Below are positions 10,275 through 22,249 of a stretch of DNA of 64,000 nucleotides, piece after piece. The translations under genes and the position numbers were made by a program. The stretch lies in NCBI GenBank assembly GCA_038141925.1, contig JAYQJB010000002.1, forward strand, positions 152,214-216,213. Reading direction: 5' to 3'. How positions within the stretch are numbered: the stretch's first letter is position 1; each line of letters begins with the position of its first letter. Below the pieces are notes generated by a model. It did no database searches, was not told the DNA's origin, and worked only from the letters and a program-made list of their open reading frames with translations. The DNA comes from Gammaproteobacteria bacterium (GTDB taxonomy: Bacteria > Pseudomonadota > Gammaproteobacteria > Magnimaribacterales > AG-339-G14).

Positions 10275-11842
10275 ATGATTGATACCGGAATTTTAATAAT
10301 TGGTGGCGGTGCTGCTGGGCTGACCGCAGCAATTGAACTTAGTCAAAAACACAAGGTATCTGTTATTTCTAAAGAGACCATTGTCGATAGCTCTACTTGG
10401 TATGCACAAGGAGGAATTGCGGCAGTAATGGGAGAAAAAGATACGGTCGAAGAGCATATTGCTGATACTTTGGAGGTTGGAGATGGGATTTGCGATAAAG
10501 ATGCTGTTACCCACTGCGTAAAAAATAGTAAATCGGCAATTGATTGGCTAATTGAGATGGGAGTCAACTTTACAAAGACGAAAGATGGTGAAAAATTGCA
10601 TCTTACTCAAGAAGGCGGTCATTCAAAAAGGCGTGTTGCACATTCTAAGGATACCACTGGCAAAGAAGTATCAAATTCTTTAATTGCTAGAGCAAGAAAA
10701 ATAAAAAATATAACAATTTATGAAAATCATCTAGCAGTTGATTTAATAACCAGTAATCGCTCATGTTTAGGGGCCTATGTATTCGATAAGAGAAAAGAAG
10801 AGGTAATAACTTTTAAATCAAATGCAACAATTTTGGCATCTGGAGGAGCGAGTAAGGTTTATTTGTATACCAGCAATCCAGATGGAACCAGTGGCGATGG
10901 TATGGCGCTGGCTTGGCGGGCAGGCTGCGAATTATCCAATATGGAATTTAACCAGTTTCACCCAACTTGTCTTTATCATCCAGAAGCAAAATCTTTTTTA
11001 ATTAGTGAAGCTCTTAGAGGCGAAGGTGCTTTTCTGCTAAATCACGAAAATGAAAGGTTCATGAAAAAGTATCACAAAAAAACGAATTAGCCCCAAGAGA
11101 TGTGGTGGCTAGATCAATAGACGAAGAAATGAAAAAAACTGGTAAAGACTTTATGTTTTTAGATATTAGCCATAAACCCAAGAATATGATTTTAAAATCA
11201 TTTCCTGCAATTCATAAAAAGTGTTTGAGTTATGGATTTGATATCACAAAAGATAAAATACCCATTGTTCCCGCAGCTCACTACTCATGTGGCGGCGTTA
11301 AGACCGGCTTGTCAGGTGAAACAAATATAAAGAAGCTTTATGCTATTGGAGAAACAGCGTGTACTGGATTGCATGGTGCCAATAGAATGGCAAGCAACTC
11401 GCTTTTAGAATGTATTGTTTTTGCAAAGTCATCAGCTTTGCACATTGAGGAAAATTTTAGTCTGAATAATAAAAAACTTAAAGATTGGGATTCCTCAAAG
11501 GTTATTAGATCAGGAGAGAATGTTCTTATCTCTCATAATTGGGATGAAACCAGAAGATTAATGTGGGACTATGTTGGCGTTGTTAGATCAAATGATAGGC
11601 TATTAAAAGCAAAGGAAAAAATTAAAATTATTCAAAATGAAGTAGAAAGTTTTTACAAAAATTTTGAGTTGAATTCAGATTTTATTGAGTTGAGAAATTT
11701 GGTTCTAGTTGCAAGGTTGATTATTGAAAGTGCTATTTTAAGAAAAGAAAGCAGAGGACTTCACTACAACATAGATTTCCCAGATAAAATTAAAACGGGT
11801 TCTGCTTCAGTAATTTCAAGAAAACAACTTAAAGTTGCTTAA
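10275..11842 (+). CDS. nadB: L-aspartate oxidase (frameshift in an A-run near 11080)
   Basis: GGGAAGL, STWYAQGGIA, EGGHS, QFHPT, LISEALRGEG, PAAHYSCGG, GLHGANRMASNSLLE, ESRGLH. Confidence 0.95.
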
Positions 11843-12275
11843 TAAGATCTCTCATAGAAAGAACCCCAACAAGCTTTTCGTCGTCCATTACCGCCAGGTG
11901 ACGAATCTGATTTTCCATCATTAAGTCTAAAGCATCCATTTTTGTGCACTGAGGTGTAACGCTGATAATATTTTTAGACATTATTTCTTGGACTTCGTTA
12001 TTTAGGGCATCTTTTCCTTTTCTGGCAATGAGCTCAATCACATCTCTTTCGGTAACAATGCCCTCAAGATCTTGAGGGTCATTTGAATCAGAACAATATA
12101 CTAAAAGTGCGCCGATTCTGTTTTTGTCCAAAATTTTGCAAGCTTCTGAAACAGAAGAGTTTCTTGCAACGGCAAAAATATCCCAATACCTTTGGTTTAA
12201 GAGCAATGATTCGATGTTTTCAGACATTAAGCGAGATGATTTATGGGGTTTTTTGTTTATAATACTTGAATTCAA
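11829..12275 (-). CDS. CBS domain pair protein
   Basis: IGALLV..GIVTERD and IRHLAV..GVLSMRDL. Confidence 0.88.
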   Translation of the reverse strand: MNSSIINKKPHKSSRLMSENIESLLLNQRYWDIFAVARNSSVSEACKILDKNRIGALLVYCSDSNDPQDLEGIVTERDVIELIARKGKDALNNEVQEIMSKNIISVTPQCTKMDALDLMMENQIRHLAVMDDEKLVGVLSMRDLIKQL

Positions 12276-12288
12276 CGGAGATTTAAAA

Positions 12289-12671
12289 ATGATATTTAAA
12301 AAAGGAATTAAATTATTGTCTCTATCAGTTCTTTTTTGGGGTTAAGCTCCTTAATGCATGCTGATAAGGGCTTTATAACTGTCGATGGAAAAAACATTGA
12401 AATGAATGTTGAAAGACAATATCAAGCCCCTGCAAGCTATCCAAGAAAAGCTTTGAGACTCGCAAAAGAAGGTTATGTAATTGTTGAATTTGATGTCAGC
12501 GCAGATGGTGATGTCATCGATCCATTTGTTCTTGAAGGAGAGCCTGCAGGACTATTTGACAGAGCGGCAATGAAGTCAATTAGAAAATGGATTTATCAGC
12601 CTCCTGTTTACGAAGGCGTACCTGTTCAAGTAAACGATGTACAAGTTAAATTATCTTTCAAAGTCCAATAA
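12289..12671 (+). CDS. TonB C-terminal domain protein with N-terminal signal/TM (frameshift near 12335)
   Basis: YPRKALR..EGYVIVEFDV..G.V..FDRAAMKSIRKW; ATG at 12289 after GGAG. Confidence 0.8.
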
Positions 12672-12693
12672 GATAATTAATTTTTACGCGTAA

Positions 12694-15687
12694 ATGCGTA
12701 TCAGAACAGTATTAATTGGGATTGGCCTAGCAGGAAATTTACTGCTAGCCCTTTCCTTATTTTTTTTATTTAACTACAGAGATGCTACTCAGAAAGAGTT
12801 TGCAAACGAATCTTTGGTATCAACATATGAAGCAGCATGGTTTCAAACTCTTGAAACTTCAATTGATGCAATTTCCGCCTGGCTTCCTATAACAGGAGAA
12901 AGAGGTAATTATTGGGATCCTGAAAATCCCATATACCCTGAAGAAGAACTCTCCTCGCCTGATGATTCCTATGCCAATCCATTAATCCAGTTCATCACGG
13001 ATAAAAACATTGGGGAAGCAGGATATCTTCTAGATCTAATGTTTGAATTTGATTTGGACGAAGGTAATTTAAGTTTCATCAAAGCCTATTATCCGAATGG
13101 ACAGAGATTTTATTGTGCTAGTGCGCTGGACTTATCTGGAATCGATGCTTGTAACCCCCAAGCGAAAAATGAATACGATGAGAATCTAGATGAATTTCTC
13201 ATTGATGCTGGAAAGCGACCGAGAAGGTTTCTACAAAAAATCATAGACTCCTCTGGAGAAAAAATCTCTACTTTAAACCAAATGATGGCTTTTCCCGTTA
13301 AGGCTTTTAGCAGAAGTGCTGAAGCAATCATCGTCATGGGAATAGATGTAAGAAAGTCCATGGAAACTTTTGGAGATGAATTTGAACTGGTTACTGCAGT
13401 TCAAACAGAAGAAGGAATTATTTCGCTGGGAGATGATTATGCGAGGTATGAATCTGGTTTGGAATTGGATGAGAACCTCCAACTTTGGCATTACTAATAT
13501 CAAAGGTCATGTCGATAAAGCAAATTCAAATTTAGAAGAATTTGGTAACCGAACTTCTACGAGAGATTCTGATTTGGGATCGTTGATAACATTGCTGCCA
13601 CTAAGCTCTTATTTGTCATCGGATAAAGCACAGTTATTTATTTTTAGAGATGAAAGTGAAAGTATCGCCCAAGAAAATGCTATCTTAAATTCGATTTACA
13701 TAATAATTACAATCGTAATTTTCTTGGTCATAGCACTCACTTCAGTAATTCTTGCTAGTGTTTTTGGATCGGTAAATAAAGCAATTGAGGTTTTACAGGC
13801 GCTTACAAGCGGAGACTTATCTAAAACCATGCCGCAGAGAAGAGGTCTTTTGAGATCTGAAAATGATGAAGTTGGTGAGCTTGCAAAAGCTCTAGAAATT
13901 TATAGAGGCCATCTCAATGAGATGGAAAACATAAGAACAGAACAAGCCCGCAGAAGAAAAGAAAGAGATACAGCTATCATAGAAAAAATGAGTATTCTTG
14001 CCGATGAGCTTGAAGGAGATTCAAGAACCTTAATTTTGAATGATATAAACAAAATGCAAAATCTTGCGCAAGAAAGCTCCCAAGATAAAGGGGAAGAGGC
14101 TTCAGTTGAATTAATGACAGTTGCTTTCACAAGAATGGCAGACGAGGTGCAAGTCTTATTGATACCAGGACCAAAGAAATGGAAGAGTCTCGAGATGAAG
14201 CACTTGAGGCCAATGAACAGAGAAGTAAATTTTTTGCCAATATGAGTCATGAACTCAGAACCCCATTAAATGCAATTTTAGGATATGGGGAAATGTTATA
14301 TGAGGAATGCGAAGATTTAGGCTATGAAGACTTGATGCCTGATCTTAAGAAAATTACCACATCTGGAACACATCTATTATCTCTTATTAATAATATTTTA
14401 GACCTTTCAAAAATTGAATCAGGAAAAATGGAATTGTTTATTACGAGCTTTGAAATTGAAAAGGTTGTTGAAACCCTAAGAGATATAAATGCACCTTTAG
14501 CAGCCAAAAATGACAATGGTTTCAAAATAAATATCCAAGAAGCTATAGGATCAATGTCTCAAGATGAAACGAAACTTAGACAATGTGTAACAAATTTCTT
14601 AAGCAATGCTTTTAAATTTACTAACAATGGTTTGGTTACCTTAGATGTTACTGCTTTCATGAAGGACGAAGTTGAGATGATTGAATTCAAGGTAACTGAT
14701 GATGGAGAAGGCATGAGCGAAGAAGGAGTAGCAAAAGTCTTCGAAGAATATGAGCAAGCCGAAAGATCTACCTCAGCAACTCACGGTGGAACTGGTCTAG
14801 GCCTGCCTATTAGTAAAAGATTTGCTGAATTAATGGGAGGTGGCGTAACAGTATCTAGTGAAAAAGGAATTGGGTCTGTATTTTCCATTTTTATTCCAAG
14901 AATCTGTGATGAATCTGAAGAACTTGAAAACGAAGAAATATCTTCTTTGGAGGGAGAAAATTTATGCGTGCTTATTGACGATGATATAGCGATGCATGAC
15001 TTGATAAAAAGGACTGTTAAAAAAGCTGGCATGACATTGATTGGCGCCACTAATGGCGAACAAGGCCTGAATATGATTAGAGAGTCAAAACCTAAACTCA
15101 TTTTATTAGATGTGTTAATGCCAGGTAGAGATGGTTGGTCAATTTTAAAAGAATGTAAATCCGATGAATCAATAAAAGATATTCCAGTAATTATGGTTTC
15201 GCAAATGTCGCAAGAAACTTTGGCATTTTCTCTAGGAGCAGATGATTACCTTACCAAACCGATTGATCGGGATAAATTCTTGAAAATGGTAACGAACTTG
15301 CTTGGTAGCTCAACAAATAAAAAAATCTTAATTGTTGATGATGACTCCAATACTAGAGATATTTTAGGAAGAGCTTTAAAAGATGCTGGGTATGAACCTT
15401 TCTTGGCCAAAGATGGTAAGGAAGGACTTGATAATTTGGATAAAAATCCAGCGCTTATAGTACTCGATCTTGAAATGCCAAGAATGGATGGTTTTGAATT
15501 TTTAGAAAATTTTGTTGAAATGGAATTTGATGACAAACCAAATATCCTAGTTTACTCAGGGAAAGATTTGTCAGAAGTTCAAGAGGAACTGCTTAGAAAA
15601 AATGTTGCTGGGCTAGTTAAAAAAGATGAAGTATCCATTAATCAACTTCCAGGAATGGTTACTAAACTATTAGGAGCTAAGAGCTAA
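12694..15687 (+). CDS. Membrane hybrid sensor histidine kinase (periplasmic domain-HAMP-HisKA-HATPase-REC-REC), split into three ORFs by two indels
   Basis: N-terminal TM; second TM plus HAMP (DEVGELAKAL); ANMSHELRTPLNAI; NFLSNAFKFT, DDGEGM, GGTGLGL; two receivers (LLDVLMP, LDLEMP). Confidence 0.88.
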
Positions 15688-16049
15688 GCGCCAAGATTTG
15701 ACTCAATTTTTTCTAAAAGCCTTTTAAAATCTACTGGCTTGGTATCGAAATCATCAGCGCCGCATTCCAAAGCTTTTTGTCTATCATGTTCCATTGCATG
15801 AGCAGTCAAAGCAATAATTGGAATATTTGAAATCTCTGGATCCGCTTTTGCTTGAGTAGTTGCATCCCAACCATCTAAGACTGGAAGCCCCATATCCATT
15901 AAAACCAAGTCTGGGTTTTCTGACTTCATCTTATCTAGCCCTTTCTGACCATCAAATGCAAAAATGACTTCGTATTCTCTTCTTGTTAGCCTTCTGCCTA
16001 ACATGTCACGATTCATTTCATTATCTTCAACGTAAAGAATCTTCTTCAT
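15684..16049 (-). CDS. Single-domain response regulator (DivK/CheY-like)
   Basis: YVEDN, LMDMGLP, IIALTAHAM, KPVD. Confidence 0.92.
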   Translation of the reverse strand: MKKILYVEDNEMNRDMLGRRLTRREYEVIFAFDGQKGLDKMKSENPDLVLMDMGLPVLDGWDATTQAKADPEISNIPIIALTAHAMEHDRQKALECGADDFDTKPVDFKRLLEKIESNLGA

Positions 16050-16060
16050 AACTCTCTCCC

Positions 16061-17516
16061 TCAGTTATAAATAAACTGATTTCTACCCCCTTCTTTTGCT
16101 TTGTAGAGTCTCTCATCTGCAAGATTAACAAGTTCTTCTTGATCCTTAACCTCAGATGAATTAATGACTCCTCCACTTATAGTAATATTAATTTGAATAT
16201 CTTGAAAGGGTATTGATAAATCTACTACTGCTTTTCTTATTGACTCGCAGTAGTCATTTAGGACTCATTGCTTCTTTGTTTTCTATAACTGCAATAAATT
16301 CCTCTCCACCTACTCTACCAATAACATTATCGCCGCATGCATCTCTTAAGCTGTTAGCAACCGCTTTAAGAACTTCATCGCCTCCAGGATGTCCATAGGT
16401 GTCGTTTATAGACTTAAAGAAATCTATATCCATAGAAAGTAAAGAAAACTCATAACTTTTATCTTGGTTAAGTTTCTCAAAACATTCCTCAATTTTGTCA
16501 AAGACAACTTGTCTATTAAAAATTCCAGTTAGAGGGCAAGTTGTTGCTTTAAGATTTAATTCTTTTAATAGCTCTTGTTCTCGTGCTCTAAAGTACTTTG
16601 CTTCTAAGCTAGCAATAGACTTAGCCATCAATATAGTCCCGTTCAAAGGCTTTGGAAGATAATCCGAAGCGCCTAATTTAATACATTTAGCAGTGCTATC
16701 AACATCATTGAATGCGGAAACCATGATTATTGGTAATTCGTCTCTATCGTGATTCTCTCTGAATCTTTTTAAAAGCTCTAAGCCATTAATATCCGGTAAC
16801 ATTACATCTAACAAAATTAAGTCTGGGGTTTTCTTATTTACCTCTTCTATTGCTGAAGTACCGTCTAAAGTCACTCTGCATGAAAGACCATTCTGAGTAA
16901 GTCTTCTCTCTAAAACCTCGCAATTGGTTTTATTATCATCAACTATTAGGACATCCGATCCTTTGAGGTAGTCATCTATGTCTAAACTGTAGTCAATATC
17001 ACCTAATGATCTAAAAAGCGATTCGGCATTTTGGATTTGACCTTGTTCAGAATCCTCTGCTGCTTTTTCATTTAGATCACCCTTAATAAAATCTACGAAT
17101 CTTTCTATAGCTGTTTCTGTCTCTCTTGATAGAGATAAAATAGTATTTAGATCTTTAATGCATTCTTCTGACAAATCGTCTTCAAAATCTTCAATCAGAA
17201 TTTCGCTGTAACCGATGATTGCATTTAAAGGAGTTCTGAGGTTGTGCCTTAGTTCTGAATATTCTTGGGAAGTTTTAGCTTCCTTATCTGCAGCTGTATT
17301 TTCCCGAAAGGCATCCTCGTATTGGCTTAAAAGCTTGGCTTCAGCTTCCTTAATTTGATTGATTTCAGAACTTATATCTAAGTTGTTTTGAACTGCAAAC
17401 TGTTCTACCAAATCAATGTATTGTTCAATAGCCTCAGCAGGAGCCGAAAACTCTTGTTTAATTTGTGCCAATAATATTTTTTCCGCGCCTTTGGAAGGCT
17501 TTTCTACACTAGCCAC
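16061..17516 (-). CDS. HisKA-REC-GGDEF diguanylate cyclase (frameshift near 16260)
   Basis: LRHNLRTPLNAIIGYSE, receiver LLDVMLP, DIDFFKSINDTYGH..GD, RVGGEEF; tail ADERLYKAKEGGRNQ in another frame ends at 16061. Confidence 0.88.
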
Positions 17517-18610
17517 TAAAATTCCTCCTTGAATTCCGTTAAAAACTGAGGACGATGATGAAAATAACCTTGTCCTTTATCACATCCCAGTTTCAAAAAA
17601 GTTTCTTGCTGTGCTTGAGTTTCAATTCCTTCAGCCAACATATCTAATTCCATATTTTCACAGATGCTTACGACAAACTTAACAAGCTCCTGAGTATCTT
17701 GTTCTGCAACTGTCCTTGAAAAATCTTTATCAAGCTTAACCATTTTTATAGGAAGATCTCTCAAATAACTGAGAGAGGAATAACCAGCTCCAAAATCGTC
17801 AAGAGCAAGAGGAATTCCATGTGATTGAAGATTTTCAAAATATTCTGCTGCTCTTGATATATCTTCGAGCTCAGCTGTTTCCGTTATCTCAAGGCCCAAG
17901 TCTCCTGGGTTGAGATTATTTTCTTTAACAAAATCCAAAATAATTTTGCAAAAGTTTTCCTGCATTGCGGTATAGGCAGAAACATTAAGATAAACAGTAA
18001 AATCTAAGTTTTTTTCTTTTTTAAATTGAAAAATTTCTTTTAATTTTTGCATAGAGGCCAAAACAACTAATGAAAATAAACTTTCTCCTTCTACCAGAGG
18101 TATTAACTTATCGTTTGGAATAATGTCTCCATTCTCATCCCTTAGTCTTAGAAGTGTTTCAACGCTAACCAATTCTCCTGATGCTAGATCGTATTGCTTT
18201 TGATAAGCCATATCGATACGGTCATTTTCCAAACAAGAAATGGTATTCTTTAGGGCATCTAAGGCCATCTCAGATTGAGCAAGAACTTCAATTAAAAAAA
18301 ATGATTCATCTTTATCGAGAGGAATTTCATGAACTCTAGATCTCAATAAAAACTTTATTTTTCTTAATTCAAGTTCAAGATCAGATTGAAAAGACGAACC
18401 TATGGTTTCAATTTTTTTTGATGCGCCATAAGAAACGATTGGAGCAATTTTTATGTCATCTAATGAAGAGGTATCAAAAACATATTGAGCTGATTTGTTC
18501 ATCCACTCTACGCCTCTATCTTTACAAAAAATAAGATAAGGGCTTGGGTGATGCTGTAGGGATTTAATTAAATATTTTGCTTGTTGCTCTTCAATTATGG
18601 TCATCTTCAA
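17516..18610 (-). CDS. EAL-domain c-di-GMP phosphodiesterase with N-terminal PAS-like region
   Basis: ETLLR (ExL variant), LNVS, LEITE, LDDFGAGYSSLSYL, KLD, AEGIET, GQGY. Confidence 0.88.
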   Translation of the reverse strand: MKMTIIEEQQAKYLIKSLQHHPSPYLIFCKDRGVEWMNKSAQYVFDTSSLDDIKIAPIVSYGASKKIETIGSSFQSDLELELRKIKFLLRSRVHEIPLDKDESFFLIEVLAQSEMALDALKNTISCLENDRIDMAYQKQYDLASGELVSVETLLRLRDENGDIIPNDKLIPLVEGESLFSLVVLASMQKLKEIFQFKKEKNLDFTVYLNVSAYTAMQENFCKIILDFVKENNLNPGDLGLEITETAELEDISRAAEYFENLQSHGIPLALDDFGAGYSSLSYLRDLPIKMVKLDKDFSRTVAEQDTQELVKFVVSICENMELDMLAEGIETQAQQETFLKLGCDKGQGYFHHRPQFLTEFKEEF

Positions 18611-19058
18611 TTAGTTCCTCAACAACTTCAACAAAGCTATCATTAAATGTATTTTTCATGAAAGACCAGAGCTTTAAGTGATACTCTGATTTAAAAAGCG
18701 TTTTAAAGGATCTTTTATAATTGTCCCATTCGCCTTTATCAATCATGCCTATTGTATATTGATAATGTTGGTTCTCTCTTGATCTTAACATTATGCTGAA
18801 ATACGACATATATTTAGCATCTTCTTCAGGAGTTAATTCTTCATCATTTCTCAGCTTTAGCTTAATCTTAACCATGCTTTTTTTCATACCTTCTAGAGCA
18901 ATTTCCTGATGACTATCGGCAACATTTTGTCTTGCGTTTGCCCTAGCTACTCTATTCTGCTCTCTCATTTCTTGTATTAAATAGTAAATTGAAGCTACGG
19001 CTCCAATTGCTGCCAAAGCTCCAACTATGCTATTAAAATACTCTATAAAAAATCCCAT
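18591..19058 (-). CDS. Hypothetical protein with N-terminal TM
   Basis: 155-aa intact ORF overlapping the start of the EAL gene. Confidence 0.7.
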   Translation of the reverse strand: MGFFIEYFNSIVGALAAIGAVASIYYLIQEMREQNRVARANARQNVADSHQEIALEGMKKSMVKIKLKLRNDEELTPEEDAKYMSYFSIMLRSRENQHYQYTIGMIDKGEWDNYKRSFKTLFKSEYHLKLWSFMKNTFNDSFVEVVEELIEDDHN

Positions 19059-19121
19059 AAATCATTCTAAAAATGGAGACAGATAAGCTTAATTGTTTTG
19101 CGCTCTTATTTAAATGATTTT

Positions 19122-19514
19122 TTAAAATAAATAAGGTATTAATCTCGCTTTAACTTTGTTGCAGTAGGCTTCATAACCTTCTAACTCATTAAGAAGAGTT
19201 TTTTCTTCAATGCTTATTCTTGATCTCAAAGCTATTGCTAAATATATCAGGCTTAGTATCAGTGATACATAAGTTCCTAGCCAAACATTTACTCCTGTTA
19301 TAAAAAAAATAAAGCCGGTATACATCGGATGTCTAACTTTAGAATAAATACCTGTATCTATAACTCTCTGGCCTCTTTCTTCTTGAATATTGACCGTAGT
19401 TTCTGCAAACTCATTTGCATTCATTGAAGCCATAACCAAAAGCATACCAAGAATGTAAATTACTAGTCCTATATTTTTAGTTACTCCTTCAAAAACAGGT
19501 GACAAATTTAACAT
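19122..19514 (-). pseudogene. 3' half of an isoprenylcysteine carboxyl methyltransferase (ICMT/PEMT)-family gene; displaced duplicate of 23106-23789
   Basis: VIDTGIYSKVRHPMY..EEKTL..Y; aligns closely with 23106-23500 at DNA level but lacks the N-terminal half. Confidence 0.8.
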
Positions 19515-20350
19515 AAGAGCTTGTAGAAACTTTAATGATATCGTTTATATTTTTTTTTTATTGATCCATTTATTTTTATAAGCAATTTCTTCTAAGCAAG
19601 CGACTTTCTTTTTTGCTTGTTTTTTGAAATTTTGAAACAAAATTTGATGCCTTCAGAAGACTGTCAAAAGTCCCACAATCCAGCCATGTTTGATTTTTAT
19701 CCAATTCCGTTACGTTCAGCTGATTTTATTTAGATAAATTTCATTAAGATCTGAAATTTCTAACTCTCCCCTTTTAGAAGGCTTGAGCCTTTTTGCTGCT
19801 TTGCTGACATTTTTAGGATAAAAATAAATTCCTGTAATTGCTTTATTGCTTTTAGGTTTTTTAGGTTTCTCAATAATTTTAAAAGGTTTATTATTCTTTT
19901 TTCAAGAATTCCAAATCTCTCAGGATCATTTACTGGATAAGTTAATACAGATGCATTGGAGATATTTTCATCAGCTATTTTTAACTTAGAAAGAAGCTTG
20001 TCCCCAAAAAAATAAGTTATCTCCTAAGATTAAGCAGGTTGGATCTGATTTCAAAAACTTTCTCCTAAAATTAAAGCTTGAGCAATTCCATTTGGTTTTT
20101 CTTGAATTTTTAAAGGAAAGATTTATTCCCCACTTGAATCCTTTTCCCAACAACGACTTAAACCTAGGAATATCTTCTGGTGATGAAATAATTAAAATAT
20201 CTTTATTCCCATCATCATTAGTACTGATAAAGGATAATAAATCATCGGCTTATCATAAACGGGAAGGAGTTGTTTAGAAGAAACATCTGTCAATGGGTGA
20301 AGTCGAGATCCCAATCCTCCAGCGAGTATGATTCCTTTTCTATTTGACAT
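19489..20350 (-). CDS. rfbA: Glucose-1-phosphate thymidylyltransferase (several indels)
   Basis: Manual translation: [77 protein letters not shown]. Confidence 0.88.
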
Positions 20351-20354
20351 TAAA

Positions 20355-21255
20355 TTAACTTAATATTTCTTCTATACTTTTTTCCCAATTCGGCAAAGAA
20401 AGTGAGTAGGAATTTTTAATTTTATCAGATGATAAATGAGAAAATTTTGGTCTTTTAGCCTTAAAATTCATTTCTTCTGTATTAACTGGAATGATATTTA
20501 TTTTAGCAAATCTTGAATTTATGCCTTTGCGGCTACATAAATGTTGTGTAAATTTTGCAAAATCATACCAAGAGCCATAGTTTGGTCCTACTAGATTAAA
20601 AATTCCTTTGGATCTGTCATCATCATTTTCTTTATCTTTTAAAATTTTTAATACGGCTTCAGCTAAAAAGCCAGAGAAATTTAGAGAAGTTGTTTGATCA
20701 TCTACTATTTTCAGTTCTTTTTGACTTTCAGCAGCAGAAATGATTTTAAAAATAAAATTATTTGGATTTTTAGAAATTATTCCGCTTGTTCTAAATATTA
20801 AAAAGTTTTCAGTATTTTCTACAATAAATTTTTCTCCAAGAAATTTGCTTTTTCCATAACTTGAAATAGGATTTGGTTTATCTTCCTCAGAATAAGGATG
20901 GCCTTTTACTCCATCAAAAACATAATCAGTAGAAGAAATGGAAAAGTTTTATTTTTTTTTCATTACAGGCTTGAGCGATAAATTTTAATGCGTCTCCATT
21001 TATTTGTTTTGCAAAATCAACTTCTATCTCAGCTTGTTCTACATTTGTATAAGCTGCGGCATTGATAACATATTTTGTTTCACCTTTTTTTAAGAGATTT
21101 GAAAAATTTTTTGGCTCAAGAAAATTAAATTTCTTTTTATTTATGCCTTCAACGCTAAAATTTTTGCCTAAAGTCTTTATAAGCGAACTTCCTAGTTGAC
21201 CTTCCGATCCAAGGACTAAAATTTCAGTTTTTTTTGTTTCTTTTGAAGAAGTCAT
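20355..21255 (-). CDS. rfbD: dTDP-4-dehydrorhamnose reductase (frameshift near 20930)
   Basis: [44 protein letters not shown]. Confidence 0.88.
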
Positions 21256-22249
21256 TTGATCTTCTTTAAATACCACTCCACAGTTTTAATAATTCCTGAG
21301 TTAAAGTTTTCTTTAGGCGACCAGCCAATCTCATTTTCAATTTTTGATATATTTAATCCATATCTATAATCATGGCCTAATCTATCTTCGACAAAGGTAA
21401 TTTGATCAGAATATGAGCCGCCATTTTTTTTGGGATATATATCATCCAATAAATTGCATATTTGAGTTACCACTTCAATATTTTTAATTTCATTTTTCCC
21501 TCCTATGTTATAGGTTTCACCTGTTCTCCCTTTTTTAAGCACAAGAGAAAGGGCATCACAGTGATCTTTAACATATAGCCAGTCTCTGACATTGGAGCCG
21601 TCACCGTAAATGGGTAATTTCTTTCCTTTCAAAGAGTGGCTGATCATCAGGGGAATTAGCTTTTCTTCGTGCTGGAAAGGACCATAGTTATTAGTACAAT
21701 TTGTTGTGATTACTGGCAAACCAAATGTTTCATGCCATGCTCTTGCCAAATGGTCTCCGGAAGCTTTTGAAGCGGAATAAGGACTGTTTGGAAAATAAGG
21801 ACTATCTTCTAAAGATTGAGGATCTTTATCTTTTAATGAACCATAAACTTCATCAGTCGATATTTGAATGTATCTGAAATTATCTTTTTCAGATCCTTTT
21901 AACGTTTCGAAATATTTTAAAGATGCTTTTAATAAAGTATGTGTGCCCAATATATTTGTTTGAATAAAATCATCAGAATCTGAGATAGACCTATCAACAT
22001 GGCTTTCAGCAGCAAAATTTATTACAGCTCTTGGTTGATATTTTTCCAATAATGCAATTACTAATGAAAAATCTTCAATTGATCCTTTTCAAAAAAATAA
22101 TTTTCAGAATTTTTAAGATGTTTAATATTATCCTGATTTGATGCGTAAGTGAGCTTATCAAGATTTACCAAGGGTTCTTCGTTTTCAGAGAACCAATTTA
22201 ATATAAAATTTGCCCCAATAAAGCCGCTTCCACCAGTGACAAGAATCAT
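21252..22249 (-). CDS. rfbB: dTDP-glucose 4,6-dehydratase (frameshift near 22090)
   Basis: VTGGSGFIG, LDKLTYAS, FAAESHVDRSI, ISTDEVYGSL, PNSPYSASKA, NNYGP, RDWLYVKDH. Confidence 0.93.
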
